DNA of 43,796 nt from a virus (lineage: Duplodnaviria > Caudoviricetes). This document shows positions 1 to 7,358 of the stretch, in pieces; position 1 is the stretch's first letter; each line of letters opens with the position of its first letter. The translations under genes and the position numbers were made by a program. The notes under the pieces were generated by a model. The model searched no databases and was not told where the DNA came from. It was given only the letters and a program-made list of their open reading frames with translations. Location: positions 1 through 43,796 of the IMG/VR virus record IMGVR_UViG_3300028586_000036, one strand, 5' to 3'.

Positions 1-209
1 CGTAATGGGTCAGATGCCGCATGCTCGCGCCAGAATCCCTTACCCATGTGCATACCGCTATCAACACGCGAACGCTGCTTGACCCACGCCGCCTGAGTGA
101 ACTGGCGCATTGCCCGATACGCACCTGCCTTAGTTGCATGCAGACTCATCGTTGCCGCAGCGGACTCGTAGATGCAATCAGTGTGAATGAATGCGTATAC
201 CTGGCTCAC
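1..209 (-). CDS. Small hypothetical phage protein (MSQVYAFIHTDCIYESAAATMSLHATKAGAYRAM...), running off the window start
   Basis: Translated by hand. The GTG at 209 overlaps the TGA of 206..691 (GTGA). The frame is open to base 1 and closes after ...DPLRSK* if joined to the window end. Confidence 0.65.
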   Translation of the reverse strand, partial: MSQVYAFIHTDCIYESAAATMSLHATKAGAYRAMRQFTQAAWVKQRSRVDSGMHMGKGFWREHAASDPL

Positions 210-691
210 TTGCCGCCCTCCTGCGCCATTGAGGCGTCAACCTGTGCATCGAGATGACCAGGTCCGTGCGCCTCGCCATTGATGAACACCTCGACGATGG
301 GTTCCATGTCCCAGCCGTTGGTGCCAAGCAACCATTGGTATCGTTCGGCATCCTTGATCATCTTGTGCACCAAGGGCATTAGCTCCGTGTGCAGGCTTGA
401 TCCAGCCGACATGCCAAGCGCGCTACCGACAAGCTGCAGAACTTCTCCGTGCTTGGTCGCCATCTCGCTTGCGCTATTCAGCTTCGCCATCAGTCCAAGC
501 TCCCGCTCTGCGCCCATTCCTAACAATCGAGCTTGCTCGGCACATTCCTTCTCTGCCTCTTCGGCGCGGCGCTCGGCGGATTCCAGGCGGTCGAGCAGTT
601 TTTCCAAGAAAGCACCCGCTATGGGCAGATCGCCTTTGTCGCCCCACGAGTTGAGGCTTTCACGCAGCGCCTTCAGCTCGATATCGCTCAT
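206..691 (-). CDS. Hypothetical coiled-coil protein, Ead/Ea22-like accessory
   Basis: 161 aa ORF coupled by 4-bp overlaps on both sides. Contains 'LLDRLESAE' and 'KDAERYQWL' motifs typical of phage early accessory proteins. Confidence 0.7.
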   Translation of the reverse strand: MSDIELKALRESLNSWGDKGDLPIAGAFLEKLLDRLESAERRAEEAEKECAEQARLLGMGAERELGLMAKLNSASEMATKHGEVLQLVGSALGMSAGSSLHTELMPLVHKMIKDAERYQWLLGTNGWDMEPIVEVFINGEAHGPGHLDAQVDASMAQEGGK

Positions 692-927
692 GCCTGACCT
701 CCGCTTTTCTTAGAAAGACCGCGCCAACGATGCGATGAGCTTTGACCAAAAACGCTTACCGGGCCACCCTGCCAAGAGCGCCATTGGCTGCCATCCCAAA
801 ACCGCATTGACCTCCCCACCAGATAGGCCTTGCTTCTCTGGGATACGCCGTCGCCGTTGCTGACTTCGTACTGGCCGATATGCACCGGCTTTACATCATG
901 CGGATACCATTCAGTGACCTTGCTCAT
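688..927 (-). CDS. Small Trp-rich hypothetical protein (MSKVTEWYPHDVKPVHIGQYEV...WRGL), paralog of 11905..12147
   Basis: Start reassigned to ATG 927 (ATGA overlap with the upstream stop, GGGGC RBS). Confidence 0.7.
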   Translation of the reverse strand: MSKVTEWYPHDVKPVHIGQYEVSNGDGVSQRSKAYLVGRSMRFWDGSQWRSWQGGPVSVFGQSSSHRWRGLSKKSGGQA

Positions 928-1361
928 GCCCGCGCCCCTTGATATTCCCCGAAAAAGGCTGACACCAGCCAGTCTCGCTGGATGCGCACTGGCGTACGGC
1001 ACTTCCGCAGCGGCTCCCAGTCGCCCCCGTTTTCGATTTCCTTGTCGCTGGCTGGCGGACCGGACTTTTTTACCCTGGCGCGCCTTACATGATCTGCCTG
1101 CTTTGGCGGATACGGCTTGTCTACCCCTTCGCCAGCCCGCAGCATCCGGTGGCGCTTTGAACCAGTCATTGGCGACCAATCGCCTACATGCAGCTTCTTG
1201 GCGGCGTAAAGCTCGCGGACGTATTCCCGAATCGTCCGCGTCGACAACCCAGTCTTGTATGAAATAGCCACCTCACCCAGCGGCTCATCCTTAATCGCAG
1301 CGAGGATGATTTCTTTAACGCGCAAGATATGCGTAGCCCTCCCCTTGATCGGCTTAGTCAT
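924..1361 (-). CDS. Winged-HTH DNA-binding protein
   Basis: 'ISYKTGLSTRTIREYVREL' HTH-like segment; coupled by ATGA overlaps. Confidence 0.65.
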   Translation of the reverse strand: MTKPIKGRATHILRVKEIILAAIKDEPLGEVAISYKTGLSTRTIREYVRELYAAKKLHVGDWSPMTGSKRHRMLRAGEGVDKPYPPKQADHVRRARVKKSGPPASDKEIENGGDWEPLRKCRTPVRIQRDWLVSAFFGEYQGARA

Positions 1362-1690
1362 GCTTCCACCTTGTGCAGATGGGCGGTGCCGTCGTCGAGA
1401 TGCTCTAGAAGGTAGGCAACAGCACTAACCGCCTCAGATAGGGCGCTTTCTTTGGACCCGTGAACGCGCCCCGTGCCTCCAACCTTGTAAACATTCGTCC
1501 AACCAATCGCTTTAGGCTGCGGCTTAATGCGGATAGCACGGCAAGGATTTGCTGCCACCCATCCGATTATTTTTGTTCTATCACTAGCTACCAACAGCCA
1601 TACCCCAGGACGGTCACCGCTTTCCGCCTCAACCGGCAAAGTGTTGTCTTCAGCCAGCGCCTTAATCACTTCTGCGTGTACGTGCTTCAT
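1358..1690 (-). CDS. Hypothetical protein (MKHVHAEVIKA...)
   Basis: Start reassigned to ATG 1690, which overlaps the stop of the upstream RHH gene. Confidence 0.7.
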   Translation of the reverse strand: MKHVHAEVIKALAEDNTLPVEAESGDRPGVWLLVASDRTKIIGWVAANPCRAIRIKPQPKAIGWTNVYKVGGTGRVHGSKESALSEAVSAVAYLLEHLDDGTAHLHKVEA

Positions 1691-1827
1691 TTCTCTTTCC
1701 CTTTCAAAAATTGGTACAGGGCCTCGCAAATCACACTTGCTACTGACCGGCCTGATTGATCCGCGTAGTCACGCGTCCGCTTGAGCAATTCCGCGCTGAT
1801 CCTGAACTTGAATGCGTCTTTCTGCAT
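1687..1827 (-). CDS. Ribbon-helix-helix (Arc/CopG-like) regulator, 46 aa, not in the ORF track
   Basis: Hand translation MQKDAFKFRISAELLKRTRDYADQSGRSVASVICEALYQFLKGKEK. Alternating N-terminal strand FKFRI, two helices with a G-R-S turn, RBS AGGA/AGGG, ATGA coupling downstream. Confidence 0.8.
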   Translation of the reverse strand: MQKDAFKFRISAELLKRTRDYADQSGRSVASVICEALYQFLKGKEK

Positions 1828-1854
1828 ATCCCTGCGTCCTTTTGGTGTGGGTCT

Positions 1855-1884
1855 ATATTACCCACGGACGCACGGGATATGCAA
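1855..1884 (-). promoter_or_regulatory. Sigma70-like promoter for the RHH gene, TTGCAT-18-TAATAT, inside a 17-bp inverted repeat
   Basis: -35 at 1879..1884 and -10 at 1855..1860. Inverted-repeat arms at 1823..1839 and 1866..1883. Confidence 0.6.
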
Positions 1885-1893
1885 GCCCTATTT

Positions 1894-2115
1894 TCAGAAG
1901 TTGACCGGACCCTTTTTAGCCTCGCAGTGCTGACGGATCTTGCACAGCTCGTTCAACATGCAACGGAACAGCGACCACATCGACAGCGCCACGCACGAGC
2001 CAACGAACGCCAGCACGCCGTACAGAACATTGCCCGCCGTAGCCGCGCCGATGATGACGATGACAGCCGCAGCCACGAATACGAAGTCAGCCACTTTCAC
2101 GATGATTTTGTGCAT
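1894..2115 (-). CDS. Small two-TM membrane protein
   Basis: MHKIIVKVADFVFVAAAVIVIIGAATAGNVLYGVLAFVGSCVALSMW; AAAGGA RBS before ATG 2115. Confidence 0.7.
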   Translation of the reverse strand: MHKIIVKVADFVFVAAAVIVIIGAATAGNVLYGVLAFVGSCVALSMWSLFRCMLNELCKIRQHCEAKKGPVNF

Positions 2116-2177
2116 TTTGTGTCCTTTGGACGGTTTTAGTGCATAGGTACTGCGGTGCGCGGAATTGCGCGGGTCAA

Positions 2178-3128
2178 TCAACCCCAGTTAGAGCGCATAA
2201 GCTCGATAGGGCGGTTTACGGAAGAGTTCGTGTACTGCAATGACGGGGCGTGATACCAGAGCGGGATACGTCCCTCCCATTCGCCATGTCGCTGCTTATC
2301 GCAGACGAGCAGGGCGTCGGGGCCATCCACGACCTCGGGATCGACGATGGCATTCTTAGCGCGGGCTGTCTCTACCAGCCGCTCCTTTTTCTTGTTCCGC
2401 CAGACGCTGAAAACGTTGTCGACCAGATCGGTGATAGCGCCCGACCCCTTGGCGTCAAACTTCCCTGGCGGCGCTTCCTCGTTCTCGCGCTTGCGTGCGT
2501 GGTGCACCAAGTGGATGTGAATCTCGTTGTCTCGCGCCAACTGGGTCAGCGTGTCGACGAACACCTTCTGACCGTTGTAGTCGTCTTCGTTCTGCACGCA
2601 CTTCATCAAGCTATCCACGACGAAGTGACGGATCTTCAGCTTCTCGGCGCAGTAGCGAATCACCGCGTACACCATGTTCGGCTGAACGCTGCCTTGCTGG
2701 TCGTAGATCCACAGCCGGGTATTCAGCCAGTCAGCGAACACGCCGGCGAATTCCTCAGTCGGCTGGTTCGTCATCGCTGCCTGGCGCAATGCACGCTTGA
2801 GGGTGGCAATAGGCTTCATTTCGAACGAGGCGATGCAGCACCGCTCCTCCTGCGCACCGAACCCGATCACCGCCTGGCCAAGCAACTGCGACTTTCCATG
2901 CCCGTTTATCCCCTGCCACAGCGAAACCTCATGCGGACGGAAGGCAACCTTCCCATGACTGCTCGCCCAAGGCAGCAAAGCCCCCTTGGCGCCCTCATCT
3001 TGCCCAGGCCGGGTAGATAGCATCAACGCATCCTTCCAAGCCCCTGCGCGGATCACCTTCACTTGCGGCTCAGTCTCTTGCATGTACTGCCGGAAGTCCG
3101 TGTTATCACGGTTCAAAATATTGCTCAC
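2178..3128 (-). CDS. Replicative SF4 (DnaB/T7 gp4-like) helicase domain without a primase domain
   Basis: Walker A GINGHGKS, 'ASFEM', Walker B 'FVVDSL', 'HLVHH.RK', 'KGSGAITD', 'KQRHG'. Likely GTG start at 3128 overlapping the upstream stop. Confidence 0.9.
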   Translation of the reverse strand: MSNILNRDNTDFRQYMQETEPQVKVIRAGAWKDALMLSTRPGQDEGAKGALLPWASSHGKVAFRPHEVSLWQGINGHGKSQLLGQAVIGFGAQEERCCIASFEMKPIATLKRALRQAAMTNQPTEEFAGVFADWLNTRLWIYDQQGSVQPNMVYAVIRYCAEKLKIRHFVVDSLMKCVQNEDDYNGQKVFVDTLTQLARDNEIHIHLVHHARKRENEEAPPGKFDAKGSGAITDLVDNVFSVWRNKKKERLVETARAKNAIVDPEVVDGPDALLVCDKQRHGEWEGRIPLWYHAPSLQYTNSSVNRPIELMRSNWG

Positions 3129-3493
3129 AGCGTCGTTTCCTTGAAAGTCTCTGGCGTCCACTCAACCATCACACGCGCTCCATCTCGCACCCCAGTAGCC
3201 ACAACCTGAGCAGGATCAAAGTCCATCAGCCGGTCGAACACTGAAACGCACCGCGACCACGACACCGCGCTATGCAGCATCACCAGCATCCCACGCACAC
3301 AGCGCAGGTCTAGCGCGTCAGGTACATCGTTCGCGGTCACCAGGATGGACGGTAGGTATCCCAGCTCTAGCGACTTCTCCGGGCTGCAGATTCCGCCTAG
3401 GTCATCAGGACGGTCCTGCAGAAGGTAGATGCTCACGCATCGAGGCATCTTCCCTGCCATCCGGGCTGCAAGCAGCGATTGGTGGCCGATCAA
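3125..3493 (-). CDS. Hypothetical protein between initiator and helicase
   Basis: 122 aa, translationally coupled on both sides. Confidence 0.7.
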   Translation of the reverse strand: MIGHQSLLAARMAGKMPRCVSIYLLQDRPDDLGGICSPEKSLELGYLPSILVTANDVPDALDLRCVRGMLVMLHSAVSWSRCVSVFDRLMDFDPAQVVATGVRDGARVMVEWTPETFKETTL

Positions 3494-4179
3494 AACGGAA
3501 TCCCGAATTCGTCTTTGTCGTCAGCAGGCACTTCGGTTTCCCATCGGCGCTGGTTGATGTAGGTAGCCGGAGCAGGTTCAAAGCCTTCAAGCCATGATTT
3601 CGTCTGCTTCCTTCGCACCACATCACGGATGATCGATTCAGCTTCAGCATCCAACCCCGCTTTCATCCAACGTCGTGAGCAACCTTTCTTGTCCACCTTG
3701 CGATCAGTCGAAGGCCAAGTCTTCCAGAACCTTTCGAATTGCTCGCTTGAGCTTTCCGACTTGGCATCCCCTTTGGGGGTAGGGGGAGACATCTGTTTAC
3801 TATCTGTATGTGATGTGCCGTTTTCGTCAACTCTGTTTGACAAATTTGTCAAAGGCTTTTGGGGAACGCAGGGCAGGAAATCCCGCTCGTTCACGAAGGC
3901 AAACCAGCAGGTTTTGTCGTACCCCGAGATGTTGTAGGAGCCTTTCATCAGGACGCCCATGCTGACCAGCTTGTCGAGCGCGTAGCGCACCTGACGGCCA
4001 GTCCAGTACGGGAACAACTCGGACAGTGCCCGCACGCTGTTGTAGGTCCAGGTCCGTCCATCATGCTGGTGCTTCTCGTTTGCCCGATTCTTAGCGATCC
4101 AGAACTGGAAATTGTTGATGATCACGGCCTCTGTCACTCCGTACAGGGCCGCATGATCGATATCGAATGAATGCTGCAT
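3490..4179 (-). CDS. Phage replication initiator protein (N-terminal wHTH, C-terminal 'FERFWKTWP...PATYINQRRWE' domain)
   Basis: Motifs typical of lambdoid O/DnaD-like initiators; lies upstream of the helicase. Confidence 0.85.
   Translation of the reverse strand: MQHSFDIDHAALYGVTEAVIINNFQFWIAKNRANEKHQHDGRTWTYNSVRALSELFPYWTGRQVRYALDKLVSMGVLMKGSYNISGYDKTCWFAFVNERDFLPCVPQKPLTNLSNRVDENGTSHTDSKQMSPPTPKGDAKSESSSEQFERFWKTWPSTDRKVDKKGCSRRWMKAGLDAEAESIIRDVVRRKQTKSWLEGFEPAPATYINQRRWETEVPADDKDEFGIPF
3815..3853. repeat. Candidate replication-origin iterons inside the initiator gene
   Basis: Perfect 18-bp palindrome TTTGACAAATTTGTCAAA (3836..3853), a degenerate neighbour (TTGACGAAAACGGCACA on minus) and an adjacent AT-rich tract, all in the inter-domain linker. 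Confidence 0.6.
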
Positions 4180-4346
4180 AAGTTCCAGACGAAAAAAAGC
4201 GCACTTTGGTATGTGTGGGTGGACTCTCCGCTAGCCGCTCGTCCCCCGTTAAAAGGACGGCCGCAGAGACCACACATACCAATTGGGCGCTCAACGGGAG
4301 ACGATAACTTCTGATCGGGGCAGGTTCCACGCCGCTTGCCGATCAG
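4180..4346 (-). ncRNA. c4/P4-CI-like antisense/attenuator RNA in the initiator leader
   Basis: Hairpin 4311..4346. 13-bp perfect IR at 4206..4218/4270..4282, closed by GCGC and followed by U7. Internal loops are complementary to upstream leader boxes. Confidence 0.65.
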
Positions 4347-4351
4347 CCTTG

Positions 4352-4380
4352 ATTATGCCTTACTGCCTCATGGGCATCAA
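4352..4380 (-). promoter_or_regulatory. Sigma70-like promoter TTGATG-17-CATAAT
   Basis: -35 at 4375..4380 and -10 at 4352..4357, directly before the structured leader. Confidence 0.65.
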
Positions 4381-4580
4381 GATAGTTCTTTGGGCTCCCA
4401 GTAGCGAGCAGCCTTGCCGCAAGTCGTCAGGAAGAACCCGGAATTCAGCCGGTGAACAGAGCAATACGGCTTGCTTTCACCAGTCACAGGATCGCGGTCC
4501 TTTTCTACGATTATTGGCTGAGTGCACCGAGGCGACACGGATTGCCCGCCAAAATATTTGCAGCTAACGCAGGTCTTCAT
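4377..4580 (-). CDS. Small Cys-rich (Zn-binding) hypothetical protein
   Basis: MKTCVSCKYF...C...C...CG...WEPK; AGGAAG RBS. Confidence 0.7.
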   Translation of the reverse strand: MKTCVSCKYFGGQSVSPRCTQPIIVEKDRDPVTGESKPYCSVHRLNSGFFLTTCGKAARYWEPKELS

Positions 4581-4599
4581 TTCACTTCCTTTAGGTTGA

Positions 4600-4995
4600 T
4601 CAATCTTCAATCGGCACGACAACAGCCCGAAGCGGGCCTATTGCGGCTTGGTAAGCGGCCTCTACGTCTTCCGGCCACATATCCACAGCTATCAGGTCTT
4701 CGCGAGTCTTCTCGACGTATGCCAGCTCTCGGCGGCGGCGCTCGTCTTTCGGAATTCCGCCGCTGTCGTGGTAGGAGTGGCACGACGGGCAAGCGGGGAA
4801 CAGCAGCGCGTCGCTGGCCTTCAGTGACAGCCCTTTGGAGACATTCGCATGTGCCGCCTGGGTCGGAGGGTAGCCCCCACAGCAGATGCATTCCATCGCA
4901 GCGACGCGCCGTCTGTGCTTCTCGCTGCGCCACGTCACCTGCTTAGGCTGCGGGCGGAAGTTGAATACGTTGGCATCGTAGGGTGGGCGGCTCAT
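4600..4995 (-). CDS. Zn-finger HNH-like nin-region protein (DUF968/DUF1364-like)
   Basis: CICCG...QAAH...KASD...PACPSCHSYHD pattern. Confidence 0.75.
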   Translation of the reverse strand: MSRPPYDANVFNFRPQPKQVTWRSEKHRRRVAAMECICCGGYPPTQAAHANVSKGLSLKASDALLFPACPSCHSYHDSGGIPKDERRRRELAYVEKTREDLIAVDMWPEDVEAAYQAAIGPLRAVVVPIED

Positions 4996-5582
4996 GGCAG
5001 CGCCTTTTTTGGAGACCTGCTCGCGGAAAGTCCGTACTCACCTCTTAACGATAGTTCAGCTGCTATCCGCGCCGCTTTGGCTTCTTCGTATGAGCCATAG
5101 GTGCCGCAGCTTTTCCCTGATTTTTCTAGTCGGATGATGGCTATCCAACGGTTTTCGCCTGCTTTGGTTTTTTTCAAATAGACGCCAGGGTAGCTATCTC
5201 GGCTCCTCCAACCACTGTTGTTCATTGAGTTCTGCCGATGAGTGGCCGCACGTAGATTGCTAGGATGGTTATTTAGACTGTCCCCGTCCATATGGTCGAT
5301 TACTCTGTCAACAGGTATACCTGACATAGCAGCGATTATTCTGTGCTCCAGGTATCGGATGCCATCAAGACCAATTTGTCTGTACGCGCATCTTCCGACC
5401 ATAATTCTTCCTGCCCTTTTTCCGGAAAATTTAGCGTTCCACATATTTGATATTTGCAAAGAAGGTCTTTTACCCTTTGCCGGGAAATGAGAGACGGGCC
5501 GCGCCTTCCAAAATATCTCCCCACCGATTAGAGAAAAACAATCGTTCAGATATGCGATCTCTGGGATTGGCGTAATTTTCAT
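4992..5582 (-). CDS. HNH homing endonuclease with AP2-like C-terminal domain
   Basis: 'YLEHRII...IDHMDGDSLNNHPSNLRAAT...N', 'YPGV...WIA.I...GTY...EEA..AR'; more AT-rich than its neighbours. Confidence 0.9.
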   Translation of the reverse strand: MKITPIPEIAYLNDCFSLIGGEIFWKARPVSHFPAKGKRPSLQISNMWNAKFSGKRAGRIMVGRCAYRQIGLDGIRYLEHRIIAAMSGIPVDRVIDHMDGDSLNNHPSNLRAATHRQNSMNNSGWRSRDSYPGVYLKKTKAGENRWIAIIRLEKSGKSCGTYGSYEEAKAARIAAELSLRGEYGLSASRSPKKALP

Positions 5583-5989
5583 TATTCATCCTCGGTTTCT
5601 GACATCCAGGCGTGCACAAATTCGATGAATTCGCTTGCTTGCGATTTGGTAAATCGGCGTGTCTGGACGCCTAGTTGAACGAATCCAGTTTGATCAAGAT
5701 TAGGAATCATCGATCCATGACCTTGGATCGGCTCGCCCTCCGATGCCTTTATGCGCGCGAATGAATCTACGATGAGGCGCTTCCATGTCTCTGCGTCATG
5801 CTTCTTGCCCATGAATTGTCGGCTTTTGGCTATCTGACTAAAAAGAGTGTGATACAGGGCTTCCTGCGGCCTAGATTTCTTCGGCGGCTCAATAGTTAAA
5901 AGCCATCCATCTGGCGCGCCAGAGCATGCCCGCTCTGCGTTCCTGCGTATCTCTGGCGTGGCTAGGATGAACACCTGCTTATCGCTCAC
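5582..5989 (-). CDS. ninB: NinB/Orf-family recombination protein
   Basis: 'F.L....R.NA', 'KSRPQEALYH.L...IA', 'ETWKRL', 'QTRRFTKSQASEFIEFVHAW'. Confidence 0.85.
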   Translation of the reverse strand: MSDKQVFILATPEIRRNAERACSGAPDGWLLTIEPPKKSRPQEALYHTLFSQIAKSRQFMGKKHDAETWKRLIVDSFARIKASEGEPIQGHGSMIPNLDQTGFVQLGVQTRRFTKSQASEFIEFVHAWMSETEDE

Positions 5990-6219
5990 TGAGCCTCCTT
6001 GGCCCGCATCCGGGCTATCTTGCGTTGCCTTGCACGCTCTTGTTTCTCAGCCTTGCCTAGAACTGCTTGCAGCGCCATGTGTGTGTCTAGCTGCTTCCCC
6101 TGCCGCGCTCCGCTGCGCAATTGAGAGATAGTGACCTCGCTCAAGCCGCTTTCTTTTGCTACCTGGCGAGCCGTGTAGCCCAACTCAATGAGCCGATCGA
6201 TGATGTTTTTGGAGTTCAT
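5986..6219 (-). CDS. Cro-like XRE HTH regulator (77 aa, probably leaderless)
   Basis: 'GYTARQVAKESGLSEVTISQLRSG' HTH. ATG 6219 lies 7 nt after a -10 box, with no RBS and no S24 peptidase domain. Confidence 0.8.
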   Translation of the reverse strand: MNSKNIIDRLIELGYTARQVAKESGLSEVTISQLRSGARQGKQLDTHMALQAVLGKAEKQERARQRKIARMRAKEAQ

Positions 6220-6226
6220 GGGAAGC

Positions 6227-6255
6227 ATCATTGCACTTAACGGACGCAAAGTAAA
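6227..6255 (-). promoter_or_regulatory. Leftward early promoter TTTACT-17-AATGAT (extended TGn)
   Basis: -35 at 6250..6255, -10 at 6227..6232. Confidence 0.6.
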
Positions 6256-6258
6256 GTC

Positions 6259-6287
6259 TTGACATAGGAAATTTGCAGGCGTAAAGT
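6259..6287 (+). promoter_or_regulatory. Rightward early promoter TTGACA-17-TAAAGT
   Basis: Consensus -35 at 6259..6264 and -10 at 6282..6287, at the strand-switch point. Confidence 0.8.
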
Positions 6288-6549
6288 TCACCCATCGATG
6301 CAGAACGCCTAGCCGGAAGGCAGCAAGTAGGATCGATAGCAAGGAAGCGGATGGCTACGCAAGACCAACAGCCCGCAAGACCATGCGTAAAGTGAGTAAT
6401 GCCTGGCATAGGCTGGAACTATGCTGACGCTGTGATGGGGTAGTTAGCGGAGAGCCCCGGAGCCGACAGAGCCGCGTGCCTTAGGGCATTGCAAACAAGA
6501 GCGTCTTCATTCGAGGGCGCTGATGCTTGCTAACTAGGAATAGAAACAC

Positions 6550-6984
6550 ATGAGCATTCCGCCCCGCCCAGATGTGACTGAAGAAATGGTGGCCGAATTG
6601 GCCGACAAGATCTACCCCGGATTGGGTCAGGTAATAGCCAGAAACTACCGACGTTACATGGATGGTTTCGAGCTCTGCAAGGAACTTGAGAGATACGAGT
6701 GCTGGGACACGACTCGAGATGACATGGACAAGCTTGAAGAGCTCGACTGCCAAGTAAGTCGCCTGCATGACCGGCTAGAAAAGGAATGGGCAGCGGAGCA
6801 CAGCCCGCAGCCCCGTTTTGGAATTGGCGACCGGATCAAGTCGCCTAACGGCAGATCTGGTGTCATCACCGGATTTAGCGAGTACAGCCCGGCCTACTAC
6901 ATGGTCAAGAAGGACGGCGCCGAGGATAAGCCAAGCCTCATAGAACGTCTTCTAGTGAAGTTCGAAGATGCTGTCGCTGATTGA
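6550..6984 (+). CDS. Hypothetical protein, first gene of the rightward arm (C-terminal SH3/KOW-like segment)
   Basis: 144 aa ORF, AGGA RBS, 'PRFGIGDRIKSPNGRSGVITG'. Confidence 0.75.
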   Translation: MSIPPRPDVTEEMVAELADKIYPGLGQVIARNYRRYMDGFELCKELERYECWDTTRDDMDKLEELDCQVSRLHDRLEKEWAAEHSPQPRFGIGDRIKSPNGRSGVITGFSEYSPAYYMVKKDGAEDKPSLIERLLVKFEDAVAD

Positions 6985-7021
6985 CCTGATCGACCGATCA
7001 TCCAACCGAACGGAGAAAGAT

Positions 7022-7357
7022 ATGAGCAAGACGCACGCACAGATCCAGCAAGAACAGTTCGGCGCGATATTCCGGTCGCTGAGCAACAAAGGCACGGCGT
7101 ACCAGCAGTCCCCCGCAGGTGAGCGAATCGGGCCGCATATGTCCGCTGCTGGCGCGCTGGCGGCTGATATCGGCAGCGGCGAGGTGGACGAGATTCTGCA
7201 GCGTTTGTTCTCTGTAGTTGCGCTGGGTTACGGCGATGGCGTGGTAGCGATGCACGCTCGGTCGCTGGTGTCCGTGCTAACCCGCGACGCCGCCGACATG
7301 AACGCCACGGCGATTCAAAACGGCGAGGCGGTGCCGGTCCTTTTCAAGGAGCATTGA
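7022..7357 (+). CDS. Hypothetical protein
   Basis: Start MSKTHAQ at 7022 after GGAG. Confidence 0.7.
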   Translation: MSKTHAQIQQEQFGAIFRSLSNKGTAYQQSPAGERIGPHMSAAGALAADIGSGEVDEILQRLFSVVALGYGDGVVAMHARSLVSVLTRDAADMNATAIQNGEAVPVLFKEH

Positions 7358-7358
7358 G

